Assembly (NCBI GenBank): GCA_963785085.1
Contig: CAWAUD010000013.1
Location: forward strand, 7,700 to 71,699
Reading direction: 5' to 3'
Source: an uncultured Solirubrobacterales bacterium
GTDB lineage: Bacteria > Actinomycetota > Thermoleophilia > Solirubrobacterales > JBBDJG01
DNA: 64,000 nt
Shown piece after piece: positions 18,906 to 27,059 of the stretch. The notes below the pieces were generated by a model that saw only the letters and a program-made list of their open reading frames with translations, did no database searches and was not told where the DNA came from. How positions within the stretch are numbered: position 1 is the stretch's first letter; each line of letters opens with the position of its first letter. The position numbers and the translations under genes were made by a program.

Positions 18906-20270
18906 GTGACGGATCGGGAGCAAAGAACCAGCCACGACATCGAGCGCTACGCCGGCCTCTTCGCTCGGCGTACCCGCCAGATGAGGTCCTCGGCGATGCG
19001 GGACCTGATGGCGATCACCGCCCGTCCCGAGATGATCTCCCTCGCCGGTGGGCTCCCCGACACGTCGACGTTCCCGCCCGAGACGTTCGCCGCGCTCATG
19101 GCACGCATCGCGGCAGAGTCCTGCGCAAGCGCCCTCCAGTACGGCCCGACCGAGGGCTTCGACGAGACGAAGCTCCGGATCGCCGAGGTGATGGAGGCCG
19201 AGGGCATGCGCGTCGACATCGATGACGTCGTGGTCACGACCGGCGGCCAGCAGGTGATCGACCTGGTCTCGAAAACGCTGATCGATCCGGGCGACGTCGT
19301 GATCACCGAGGCGCCCACCTATCCCGGTGCCGTGCCGGTGTTCTCCAGCTACGAGGCCGACGTCATCCAGATCGAGATGGACAGCGACGGGATGCGCATC
19401 GACCTACTCGAGGAGACACTCGAGCGGCTCGAGCGCGAGGGGCGCCGGCCCAAGTTCATCTACACCGTGCCCACGTTCCAGAATCCCGCCGGAGTGACGC
19501 TGTCCGAGTCGCGTCGCAAGGCCCTCGTCGAGCTAGCGGCCCGGCGAGAGCTGCTCGTGCTCGAGGACAACCCCTACGGCCTCCTGCGCTACGAGGGCGA
19601 GCCGCTGCCGACGCTCTACTCGCTGGACGGCGGGCGCTATGTGCTCTACCTGGGCACGTTCTCGAAGATCCTCGCGCCGGGCATCCGGCTCGGCTGGATC
19701 GTGGCGCCGGCTCCGGTGCTGGCCAAGGTGAAGATGGGCAAGGCTGCCACAGACCTCTGCACCTCCTCGCTGACGCAGCAACTCGTCGACGCGTACTTCG
19801 CCGAGGGACGATGGCTCAACTACATCCAGAGCCTGTGCGCCATCTACCGCCAGCGCCGTGACGCGATGCTGGACGCGCTGGCCGAGTTCTTCCCGCCCCA
19901 GGCGGAGTGGACCCAGCCGGGCGGCGGGCTTTTCATCTGGGCCACCCTGCCGGACTTCATCGACACGAGCGACCTGCTCGCCAAGGCGATCCGAGAGGAG
20001 AACGTCGCCTTCGTCCCGGGCTCGGCCGCGTACGTCGACGGCCGCGGCGCAAGCTCGATGCGGCTCAACTTCTCCGGCGTCGACATCGACGGGATCGTCG
20101 AAGGCATCCGCCGCATCGGCAAGGTCGTGAACGAGCAGATCGACCTCTACGGGACCTTCACGGGCGCGCAGCCGGCCGCGGTGCCCAGGCGCACCCCCGA
20201 GCAGCGCGGCGAGGAGCCGCTGGCAGACGTTCTGCACCTGCCGCGCCGGGCACGCCGGCAGGGCGCATGA
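18906..20270 (+). CDS. PLP-dependent aminotransferase (class I/II fold, no HTH domain)
   Basis: Real part of track ORF 18390..20270, from the GTG at 18906. IERYAGLF..MRSSAMRDLMAITARPEMISLAGGLPD..LQYGPTEG..TTGGQQ..YTVPTFQNPAGVT..LVLEDNPYG..LGTFSKILAPGIRLGW (PLP lysine). The exact start is uncertain. Confidence 0.8.
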   Translation: MTDREQRTSHDIERYAGLFARRTRQMRSSAMRDLMAITARPEMISLAGGLPDTSTFPPETFAALMARIAAESCASALQYGPTEGFDETKLRIAEVMEAEGMRVDIDDVVVTTGGQQVIDLVSKTLIDPGDVVITEAPTYPGAVPVFSSYEADVIQIEMDSDGMRIDLLEETLERLEREGRRPKFIYTVPTFQNPAGVTLSESRRKALVELAARRELLVLEDNPYGLLRYEGEPLPTLYSLDGGRYVLYLGTFSKILAPGIRLGWIVAPAPVLAKVKMGKAATDLCTSSLTQQLVDAYFAEGRWLNYIQSLCAIYRQRRDAMLDALAEFFPPQAEWTQPGGGLFIWATLPDFIDTSDLLAKAIREENVAFVPGSAAYVDGRGASSMRLNFSGVDIDGIVEGIRRIGKVVNEQIDLYGTFTGAQPAAVPRRTPEQRGEEPLADVLHLPRRARRQGA

Positions 20271-21238
20271 ACGCACGGCGCGTGGCCGTCCTCAAGGGCG
20301 GGCAATCCCTCGAGCGGGAGGTCTCGCTGCGATCGGGCAACCGCGTCGAGGACGCTCTGGAGGAGCTCGGCGCGGACGTCGTGGCGATCGACGTCGACGC
20401 GACGCTCGCGCGGCGCCTGCGGGAGACGGAGGCCGAGGTCGCCTTCATCGCGCTGCACGGCCGGGGCGGCGAGGACGGCACCGTCCAGGAGATCCTCGAG
20501 ATCATCGGCATCCCCTACACGGGCTCCGGAGTGCTGGCCTGCATGCGCTGCATGGACAAGGTGCTGACGAAGCACAAGCTGATCGGGAACGGGCTCCCGA
20601 CACCTGATTTCTTCGCGTTCAACGAGGTCGCCTTCAAGGAGTTCGGGGCCGCCGATGCGCTGCCGGCGATCGAGGAGCGGCTCGGCTTCCCGCTCGTCGT
20701 CAAGCCGGCGGCTCAGGGCTCGGCGTTGGGGATTCGTTTCGCCGGGGCCGCGAGCGACGTGCCCGAGGCGCTCGTGTCCGCCTTCAGCTACGACGACCGG
20801 GTCTTGCTGGAGCGGCACATCAGCGGCCGCGAGCTGGCGGTCAGCCTGCTCGAGCAACCGGGCGGAGGCGTGCAGGCGCTGCCTGTCGTGGAAGCCCGCC
20901 CCCGCGAGGGCTACCGGTTCGACTTCGAGGCCCGCTACGAGATCGGCAAGACCGACTACTTCTGCCCCGCCGACCTGCCCGGCGACGCCACCGAGCGGGC
21001 GCAGGAGCTCGCCGTGCAGACCTACGAGCTGCTCGGCTGCGCCGGCTTCGCCCGCGTCGACATGATCATGGACGCGGACGAGCAGTTGCACGTGCTGGAG
21101 GCACAGGCGATTCCGGGCATGACCGAGACCAGCCTGCTCCCGCAGGCGGCCGAGGCAGCGGGGATCAGCTTCAGGGACCTGGTGGAGCGGCTCGTGGATC
21201 TAGCAGTCGAGCGGCGTCAGGCTGCCGCTACGGCTTAG
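20267..21238 (+). CDS. ddl: D-alanine--D-alanine ligase (paralog 1, DdlB-like)
   Basis: The ATG overlaps the aminotransferase stop (ATGA). MNARRVAVLKGGQSLEREVSLRSG..FIALHGRGGEDGTVQ..PYTGSGV..VVKPAAQGSALG..RFDFEARYEIGKTDYFCPA..GFARVDM..EAQAIPGMTETSL. Confidence 0.9.
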   Translation: MNARRVAVLKGGQSLEREVSLRSGNRVEDALEELGADVVAIDVDATLARRLRETEAEVAFIALHGRGGEDGTVQEILEIIGIPYTGSGVLACMRCMDKVLTKHKLIGNGLPTPDFFAFNEVAFKEFGAADALPAIEERLGFPLVVKPAAQGSALGIRFAGAASDVPEALVSAFSYDDRVLLERHISGRELAVSLLEQPGGGVQALPVVEARPREGYRFDFEARYEIGKTDYFCPADLPGDATERAQELAVQTYELLGCAGFARVDMIMDADEQLHVLEAQAIPGMTETSLLPQAAEAAGISFRDLVERLVDLAVERRQAAATA

Positions 21239-21726
21239 CCGCTGCCCGAGGCGAAATCCTCAGGCGTTACCTCATCTAGGAACTTCTTGAACTTGTCGAC
21301 GACCTCTTCGGTGTCCTCGACCTCGTGCTCAAACTCGATCGCGCTCTCCTGGATCACGTCCTCGGCGGCGAAGATCGGCGCGGACGTGCGAACGGCGACG
21401 GCCAGGGCGTCGGAAGGCCGGGAGTCGATCTCGACCTCCTGCCCGTTGATCCGCAAGGTGATCGAGGCGTAGAAGGTGTTGTCCCGCAGCTCGGTGACGG
21501 CCACGCGGGTGCACTGGGCCTCGAGCTCCCCGATCACGTCGGTGATCAGATCGTGCGTCATCGGACGCGGCGTCGAGGCGCCCTGAAGCTTCATCAGGAT
21601 CGCGGCAGCCTCGGGGTGTCCGATCCAGATCGGCAGGAACTTGTTGCCGTCGACGGTCTTTAACAGGACGATGGGCTGCTTGCCCACCATGTCGAAGCTC
21701 ACCCCGTAGATGACCATCTCCTGCAT
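21235..21726 (-). CDS. bifunctional nuclease family protein (BFN/DUF151)
   Basis: Intact 163-aa ORF: PIVLLKTVDGNKFLPIWIGHPEAAAI..PRPMTHDL..VTELRDNTFYA..IDSRPSDALAVAVR..PIF. Acidic tail. Confidence 0.8.
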   Translation of the reverse strand: MQEMVIYGVSFDMVGKQPIVLLKTVDGNKFLPIWIGHPEAAAILMKLQGASTPRPMTHDLITDVIGELEAQCTRVAVTELRDNTFYASITLRINGQEVEIDSRPSDALAVAVRTSAPIFAAEDVIQESAIEFEHEVEDTEEVVDKFKKFLDEVTPEDFASGSG

Positions 21727-21764
21727 TTCAGGTCCCCTGAGCCCGCGGCAATACCATGCGGCTG

Positions 21765-21770
21765 ATTATA
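21765..21770 (-). promoter_or_regulatory. candidate -10 hexamer (perfect TATAAT) for the BFN gene
   Basis: Plus-strand attata is TATAAT on the minus strand, 39-44 nt upstream of the ATG at 21726. An AGGGGA Shine-Dalgarno lies 6 nt before the ATG. No clear -35. Confidence 0.35.
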
Positions 21771-21847
21771 GGAACGGGTAGCGGGCCACCCTGCTTGCAT
21801 CTTGCCCGGTCGCGTGAGAAAGGGACGGGCAACTCCGGTCACGGACG

Positions 21848-21872
21848 AAAAAAGCCCCGCAAAACGCGGGGC
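21848..21872 (-). terminator. rho-independent terminator following tRNA-Ile
   Basis: The minus strand reads GCCCCGC-GTTTT-GCGGGGC followed by TTTTTT, beginning 9 nt after the tRNA 3' end. Confidence 0.75.
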
Positions 21873-21880
21873 TGGAACAT

Positions 21881-21954
21881 GGGCGATCCTGGACTCGAAC
21901 CAGGGACCTCCTCCTTATCAGAGAGGCGCTCTGACCGACTGAGCTAATCGCCCG
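21881..21954 (-). tRNA. tRNA-Ile (anticodon GAT)
   Basis: 74-nt cloverleaf on the minus strand: acceptor GGGCGAT/ATCGCCC, D arm GCTC..GAGC, anticodon loop CT-GAT-AA, T arm CCTGG-TTCGAGT-CCAGG, discriminator A. Stand-alone, not in an rRNA operon. Confidence 0.9.
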
Positions 21955-21990
21955 CGGATGCGAAGGTTAGCGACCAGGAATACGGGGGTC

Positions 21991-22860
21991 TCAGGCGGCC
22001 ATACGCCCGCGCAGCGCGAGCGCCAAGCCCTTGAGTTCCGCGAGGTCCTCGAAGGGGATCTCGACCGTTCCGCCGCGGCGGCGGAGGCGCACGCGAACGT
22101 CTCGTCCGAGCGCCGCCGACAGCTCCTCCTCGGCAGCCCTCTGCGTGGCGGAGACGTCAGCCGGCACCGGCCGCAGGCGCTGGGGCGCCGGGCTGGGCTC
22201 GGAGGCCGACGAGCGGGCCATCGCCTCGGTCTCGCGCACCGACCAGCCGCGGTCGCGGGCATCGCCGGCGAGCTTGCGCTGGGTCATCCGGTCGCGCGCC
22301 TGCAGCAGCGCGCGGCCATGGCCCTCCGAGAGCACGCCCGATTCCAGCATCGAGAGCACGTCGTCGGGCAGGTCGAGGAGCCGGATCAGGTTTGAGATGC
22401 CAGCGCGGCTGCGCCCGCAGCGGCGGCCGACCTCCTCCTTCGTGAGGCCGAGCCCGTCGACCAGCGCAGCGCATGCCCGGGCCGCTTCGACCGGGTTCAG
22501 GTCCTCGCGCGCCATGTTCTCGATCAGCGCCAGCTCGAGGCGCTCGTTCTCCTCGGTCGTCCGGACGACCGCCGGGATCCGGTCGAGGCCCGCCATCCGC
22601 GCGGCGCGCAGACGGCGCTCGCCGGCGATCAGCTCGAACCTCCCGCCGGCCGACGGCCGCACCAGGATCGGCTGCAGCACGCCGCGGGAACGGATCGAGT
22701 CGGCCAGGGCGGCGAGCTCCGGCTCCATGAACCGCTTGCGCGGCTGAAGCGGGTTGGCGTCGATCAGGTTCGGCGGGATCTCCTGGAAGTTCGCCTCGTC
22801 GCGCTCCTCCGGCGGCGGGAGAATCGCAGCCAGGCCTCGTCCCATTCCACGCTCAGCCAC
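21991..22860 (-). CDS. parB: chromosome partitioning protein ParB (Spo0J)
   Basis: GMGRGLAAIL.., IDANPLQPRKRF, LADSIRSRGVLQPILVR, ELIAGERRLRAARMAG, HTH LTKEEVGRRCGRSRAGISNLIRLL. The GTG at 22860 is preferred (AAGGAG 10 nt upstream, 8-nt overlap with parA). The track ORF starts at 22896. Confidence 0.9.
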   Translation of the reverse strand: MAERGMGRGLAAILPPPEERDEANFQEIPPNLIDANPLQPRKRFMEPELAALADSIRSRGVLQPILVRPSAGGRFELIAGERRLRAARMAGLDRIPAVVRTTEENERLELALIENMAREDLNPVEAARACAALVDGLGLTKEEVGRRCGRSRAGISNLIRLLDLPDDVLSMLESGVLSEGHGRALLQARDRMTQRKLAGDARDRGWSVRETEAMARSSASEPSPAPQRLRPVPADVSATQRAAEEELSAALGRDVRVRLRRRGGTVEIPFEDLAELKGLALALRGRMAA

Positions 22861-23611
22861 GTTCTGCGACCTCCTTGGCCATCTCGAAGTAGGCATCCGA
22901 CCCGGCGCAGTGCGGATCGTGATGGATCACCGGCCGGCCGTAGCTCGGCGCTTCGCCGATTCGCACGTTGCGCGGTATGACGGTGCGCATCACGAGCGAC
23001 GGGAAGTGGCGGCGCAGCTCCTGCTCCACGTCCTGCGCCAGGCGCGTGCGACCGTCGTGCATCGTCAGGAGCATCCCGGCGATCTCCAGCCGCGGGTTCA
23101 GCTCGCGCTGGATCAGCGAAAGCGTGTCGAGGAACTGCGCCAGCCCCTCGAGCGCGAGATATTCGGCCTGCACCGGAACGATCACGCGGTCGGCCGCCAC
23201 CAGAGCGTTCACCGACAACGGGCCGAGCGACGGCGGGCAGTCGAGGATCACGTACTCGTAGCGGTCCTGGATCGGCGCGATCGCCTCGCCGAGACGGCGC
23301 TCGGAGCCGGGCATCCGCGGCAGCTCGACCGTTGCGCCGGCGAGGTCGGCCGTCGAGGGAACGACCGCGAGGTTGGCGACGGCGGACGGGACCACGGCTT
23401 GGTCCACGCGCGAGCCCCCGAGCAGGCACGTGTACGTGTTGTGCTCGTGGCCGCGCGGAAGACCGAGCGCGATCGTCGCGTTGCACTGCGGGTCGAGGTC
23501 GAGCAGCAGCGTCCCGTAACCCGCCTCGGCGACGCAAGCGGCGAGATTCACGGCGGTGGTGGTCTTGCCGACCCCACCCTTCTGGTTTGCGACTGCGTAG
23601 ACGGTTGCCAT
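22853..23611 (-). CDS. parA: chromosome partitioning ATPase ParA (Soj)
   Basis: Intact 252-aa ORF with the deviant Walker A NQKGGVGKTTTAVNLA and LLLDLDPQCNAT, VILDCPPSLG. Confidence 0.93.
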   Translation of the reverse strand: MATVYAVANQKGGVGKTTTAVNLAACVAEAGYGTLLLDLDPQCNATIALGLPRGHEHNTYTCLLGGSRVDQAVVPSAVANLAVVPSTADLAGATVELPRMPGSERRLGEAIAPIQDRYEYVILDCPPSLGPLSVNALVAADRVIVPVQAEYLALEGLAQFLDTLSLIQRELNPRLEIAGMLLTMHDGRTRLAQDVEQELRRHFPSLVMRTVIPRNVRIGEAPSYGRPVIHHDPHCAGSDAYFEMAKEVAERG

Positions 23612-23690
23612 GACGTGGCGAAGATAGCCCCGGGCTCAGTCGGAACCCGGACCCGAAGAGAAGTTCGGAGCCGAACCAATTTCTCCTCCA

Positions 23691-23718
23691 CCGCCTACCG
23701 CCTACCGTCTACCGTCTA
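23691..23718 (-). repeat. tandem heptamer array, 4 units (minus strand TAGACGG TAGACGG TAGGCGG TAGGCGG); the first TAG is the rsmG stop codon
   Basis: Plus strand: CCGCCTA CCGCCTA CCGTCTA CCGTCTA. On the rsmG sense strand the four TAGs fall in frames 0, 1, 2, 0. The array runs straight into TGGAGGAG. Confidence 0.9.
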
Positions 23719-24414
23719 AGCCAACGGCCGCTTTCGCGCTCGGCCCGGCCGGCGCGGATAACCCTCGGGAAGGGGCGCGGTCTTGCGATACACGACCAAG
23801 CGCGTCGCGGTCCCCTCGAGCCGTTCGTCCTCGGCGCCCCCAAATCCCTCCGGCGTCAGTCCGAGCAGGTCGGCCGCCCGGGCGCCGCGGTCGAGCTCAT
23901 CCGGATCCAGGTTCCGCTTCCAGGCGACCATGACCCCGCCCGGCCGCAGCAGGGGAGCCGCATACTCCGCCAGCACCGGGAGGGAGTCGACCGCGCGCAC
24001 GACCGCCGCGTCGTAGGCCTCTCGGCCCTCGCCGGCGGCCCAGTCCTCGACCCGCTCAGGCACGGCGCGAGCATTCCGCAGGCCCATCGCATCCGCAGCC
24101 GCGCCGATCCACTCGCTCTTGCGGCCCGCCGACTCGACCAGATCGACGCGAGCGGCGGGGAGCGCAACCGCGAGCGGCAATCCCGGCAGTCCCGCACCGC
24201 TCCCGATGTCGACGATCGTAGACGCCGACCGCACGTCCTCGACCGCGAGCGCCAGCAGCGAGTCCGCCACGTGGACCTCCCAGATCTGCGAGGGGTCGGT
24301 GACCGAGGTGGGGGCGTGCGGATCGCCGCTGAGGCGCTGCGCGAGGCGCTCGAGTTGGTCGGGCGCCGCCGGAGGCAGCCGCCAGCGGGCGGCCAACTCC
24401 TGTGCGCGTTTCAC
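23716..24414 (-). CDS. rsmG: 16S rRNA (guanine527-N7)-methyltransferase RsmG (GidB)
   Basis: Intact 232-aa ORF (GTG start): VDIGSGAGLPGLPLAV.., VESAGRKSEW, AVVRAV. Lies in the conserved jag-rsmG-parA-parB order. Confidence 0.88.
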   Translation of the reverse strand: MKRAQELAARWRLPPAAPDQLERLAQRLSGDPHAPTSVTDPSQIWEVHVADSLLALAVEDVRSASTIVDIGSGAGLPGLPLAVALPAARVDLVESAGRKSEWIGAAADAMGLRNARAVPERVEDWAAGEGREAYDAAVVRAVDSLPVLAEYAAPLLRPGGVMVAWKRNLDPDELDRGARAADLLGLTPEGFGGAEDERLEGTATRLVVYRKTAPLPEGYPRRPGRARKRPLA

Positions 24415-24422
24415 GTGGAACG
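24407..24422. promoter_or_regulatory. candidate parS centromere site
   Basis: CGTTTCACGTGGAACG matches the conserved parS palindrome tGTTTCACGTGAAACa at 13 of the 14 core positions. It overlaps the rsmG start codon. It is the only such match I found in the window. Confidence 0.6.
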
Positions 24423-24445
24423 TTGCAGTTCTGTTGCAGTTACCG

Positions 24446-25153
24446 TCAGCCGTGCCCGACGGGGGTGATCACGATCCGCCGGAAGGGCTCGTCGCCTTCG
24501 CTGTGGGTCTCGACGGTGGGCTGCTCGGCCAGGTAGTTGTGCACGATCTTCCGCTCCTGGGAGCTCATCGTGTCGAGCTCCACCGGCCGGCCGTACCGCA
24601 GCGCGTCCGCGACTCCCCGGTCCGCCTGGCGCTCGAGCATCGAGCGGCGGCGCTCGCGATAGCCGCCCGCATCGACGACAACCTGCTTGCGATCCTCCGC
24701 CCCGCGATATGCCGCCTGTGAGCAGACGAACTGGATCGCGTCGATCGTCTGGCCGTGCTTGCCGATCAGGAGGCCGAGCTCCTGTCCGCTGATCTCGACG
24801 TGCAGCTCCTCATCGGTTTCCCGCACGTCGACGCTGGCCCGCACACCGAGGTGGGCGAGCGTTCGGCGCACCAGCTCCCGCGCCCGCTCGGCCGGCTCGT
24901 CCGGCCACTCGAAGTTCTCCTCGGCATCTCGCCAGGCCTCGAGGTCGGCCACTGCGACGACCCGTACGACGGCGTCCTCGCCCTTGCCCTCCTCGAGAAC
25001 GTCGAAGCTCACATGCTCGACCGCGAGGCCGGGGTAGGACAGCTCCAGCTCCTTCATGGCCGTCCACTTGGCGGCGCCGAGACTGTCTCCCTCCGCCTCG
25101 ATCCGCGCTACACCACCGTCTCCGGCGCCCCCGTTTCCGCGCGGCTCCGCCAT
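24446..25153 (-). CDS. jag: Jag/KhpB-like RNA-binding protein (KH plus R3H domains)
   Basis: Starts at Met43 of track ORF 24446..25279. ..LHVEISGQELGLLIGKHGQTIDAIQFV.. is the KH domain. ..ERRRSMLERQADRGVADALRYGRPVELDTMSSQERKIVHNYL.. is the R3H domain. Starts 4 nt after yidC. Confidence 0.85.
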   Translation of the reverse strand: MAEPRGNGGAGDGGVARIEAEGDSLGAAKWTAMKELELSYPGLAVEHVSFDVLEEGKGEDAVVRVVAVADLEAWRDAEENFEWPDEPAERARELVRRTLAHLGVRASVDVRETDEELHVEISGQELGLLIGKHGQTIDAIQFVCSQAAYRGAEDRKQVVVDAGGYRERRRSMLERQADRGVADALRYGRPVELDTMSSQERKIVHNYLAEQPTVETHSEGDEPFRRIVITPVGHG

Positions 25154-25157
25154 GGCC

Positions 25158-25974
25158 CTACCTGCGCCGGCGCTTCTTCTTGCGCGGGGGCCGGGGCGGC
25201 GCCTTGGTGGCCGTCCCGCCACCACCGCCTCCAGCGCCGGCAGCGGCCGGCGCTCCCCGTTTTCCGTTCTCGCCCACAAGCGCCGCGGCCGGCTGCGCCG
25301 ACACGGGCACGGGTGGCGGGGACAGGCGGCGGACGACCAGCTGCTGCCCGAGCGTCCAGAAGTTCGTCGTGATCCAGTACACGATCAGGCCGGCCGGGAA
25401 TTTGGGAATCAGCGCCGCGAACACCAATGGAAGCAGCAGGAAGATCCGCTGCTGGTTCTTGTCGGCGGTGGCCGTCATCACGAGCGTCGACGCCATCTGG
25501 GATGCGATGAACAGCACGATCAGGACGACCAGCACGGCGCCATGAGCCGGCTTGGTGATGTCGTTGATGATCAGGAAGCCGTTGTTCCCGGTCGCCTGCA
25601 CCTGCTCCTTGAAGCTGCTGCCGTTGAACAGCTGATAGAGCGCGAGGAAGACCGGGAGCTGCAGGAGAAGCGGCAGGCAGGAGGCGAACGGGCTGAGGTT
25701 GTTCTCCTTGTAGAACGCCATCATCTCCTGGTTCATGCGCTGGCGATCGTTCTTGTACTTCTCCTGGATCTCCTTGACCTCGGGCTGAAGCGCGCGCAGC
25801 GCGTTCATCGACTTGACCTGCTTGATGGTCAGCGGGCAGGATCGCCAGGCGCACGAGGATCGTCAGCACCACGATCGACAGCCCCCATCCGAGCCCCACG
25901 TCGTCGTGCAACCACGTCAGGAGGTTGTCGAACAGGTCGATGAGCGGCTGCAGGATGCTCGCGTAGACCAGCAT
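25158..25974 (-). pseudogene. yidC: membrane protein insertase YidC (short form), one indel near 25835
   Basis: N-terminus: MLVYASILQPLIDLFDNLLTWLHDDVGLGWGLSIVVLTILVRLAILP. Removing one C of a CCC run joins it to LTIKQVKSMNALRALQPEVKEIQEKYKNDRQRMNQEMMAFYKENNLSPFASCLPLLLQLPVF..GLIVYWITTNFWTLGQQ (ORF 25158..25808). Basic tail. Confidence 0.9.
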
Positions 25975-26222
25975 CAGCGCCTCGCCCCGAAGACCCGCTG
26001 GGCCCCCACCGGGTCAAGCCCGCCGGAGCTGAAGGGGTTGCAGCGCAGAAGCCGCCAGCCGGCGAGCACCACGCCGCGCGCCGGACCGTAGGCCTTGACG
26101 GCCTCGACGGCGTAGGCGGAGCAGGTCGGCTCGTACTTGCAGCGCCGCGGGAACAGCGGCGAGATCAGCCGCTGGTACAAGCGCACGGGCGCCAGGACGA
26201 CCCTGGTGGCCAAAGACCTCAT
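25974..26222 (-). CDS. yidD: membrane protein insertion efficiency factor YidD
   Basis: 82-aa ORF: LYQRLISPLFPRRCKYEPTCSAYAVEAVKAYGP..GWRLLRCNPF. Start and stop overlap rnpA and yidC. Confidence 0.9.
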   Translation of the reverse strand: MRSLATRVVLAPVRLYQRLISPLFPRRCKYEPTCSAYAVEAVKAYGPARGVVLAGWRLLRCNPFSSGGLDPVGAQRVFGARR

Positions 26223-26641
26223 GCCGCCTCCGCCGAGGAGGTGCCGGCATCGCCGTCCTGCGCGCCGGTCAATCGGCCGGCAAGGTCATCGAGATCCTGC
26301 CGCAGCCCCTCGAAGCCGTCACCGTCGACCAGCGTCGTGACCGACGGACGCGCAACGACCACGAAGTCATGCCGTGCCGGAAGCTCATCGATCGACCAGA
26401 AGGCCTCGCGGATCCGGCGCTTCACGCGATTGCGCTCCACCGCGCCGCCCACCTTCCGGCCGACCGACACGCCGAGGCGAACGTCGGTGTCCTCGCCGTC
26501 CTCCTCGTCTGCACGCGGGAACGCATAGAGAACCAGGTGGCGGGACGCGACCGAGCGTCCCTTCCTGTAGACCCGATCGAAGTCGGCACTCTTCGACAGC
26601 CGCGGACGTCGATGCCGCGTCTCCCGGTGGGAACGCTCCAC
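26219..26641 (-). CDS. rnpA: ribonuclease P protein component
   Basis: The GTG at 26641 lies within track ORF 26219..26863. RLSKSADFDRVYRKGRSVASRHLVLYAF..VGVSVGRKVGGAVERNRVKRRIREAF. Sits between rpmH and yidD. Confidence 0.85.
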   Translation of the reverse strand: MERSHRETRHRRPRLSKSADFDRVYRKGRSVASRHLVLYAFPRADEEDGEDTDVRLGVSVGRKVGGAVERNRVKRRIREAFWSIDELPARHDFVVVARPSVTTLVDGDGFEGLRQDLDDLAGRLTGAQDGDAGTSSAEAA

Positions 26642-26655
26642 CTGACCAGCCCCCG

Positions 26656-26790
26656 TCAGACGGTCAGCCGCGAGCGCCCCTTCTTGCGGCGGCGCTGGAT
26701 CGTCAACCGGCCGGCGCGAGTCCGCATACGAGCACGAAAGCCGTGCGTACGGGCGCGCTTGCGCTTCTTGGGTTGGTACGTTCGCTTCAA
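26656..26790 (-). CDS. rpmH: 50S ribosomal protein L34
   Basis: Not in the ORF track as a separate entry. TTG start at 26790 (GGAG 8 nt upstream). Translation is (M)[43 protein letters not shown], a textbook L34. Confidence 0.9.
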   Translation of the reverse strand: MKRTYQPKKRKRARTHGFRARMRTRAGRLTIQRRRKKGRSRLTV

Positions 26791-26848
26791 GGAGAGGACT
26801 CCGGTGAGGAACCCCGCGCGGCGTGCAGGGCAGGAAATCGAGCGTCCG

Positions 26849-26854
26849 AGTATA
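26849..26854 (-). promoter_or_regulatory. candidate -10 hexamer (TATACT) for rpmH-rnpA-yidD-yidC
   Basis: Plus-strand agtata is TATACT on the minus strand, 59-64 nt upstream of the rpmH TTG. No clear -35. Confidence 0.3.
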
Positions 26855-26889
26855 GACAGTCACCCCCGAGGCGCCGGGCCGCCCTCGGC

Positions 26890-27043
26890 AGTCCGCAACG
26901 ACGTCCGCAACCTTTTCGGCGCGATTTCCGCCAACGCCGGAATTGCACGCACCAACTGCGATTTCTGCGCTCTGGGCGCTGCTAGCATCGCACGCCCTTC
27001 CAGGCCTAACGGCCTACCGCAAACTGCGATTTCTGCTCTTGGG
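26890..27043. promoter_or_regulatory. repeat-rich rpmH-dnaA spacer: 2x GTCCGCAAC (degenerate DnaA-box-like) and 2x AACTGCGATTTCTGC
   Basis: GTCCGCAAC is at 26890-26898 and 26902-26910 (12-bp phasing, one mismatch to the GTCCACA core). AACTGCGATTTCTGCgCTCTGGG is at 26953-26975 and AACTGCGATTTCTGCTCTTGGG at 27022-27043. A third GCGATTTCCGC is at about 26920-26930. Confidence 0.45.
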
Positions 27044-27059
27044 GGCGGCAACGGAGAGC

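Noticed and set aside
24422-24441. The direct repeat GTTGCAGTT-ct-GTTGCAGTT in the jag-rsmG spacer, and its partial resemblance (AACTGC) to the dnaA-upstream repeat.
   Set aside because: Only 9 nt are repeated and the shared core is 6 nt, too short to separate from chance. I note it here but do not call it a feature.
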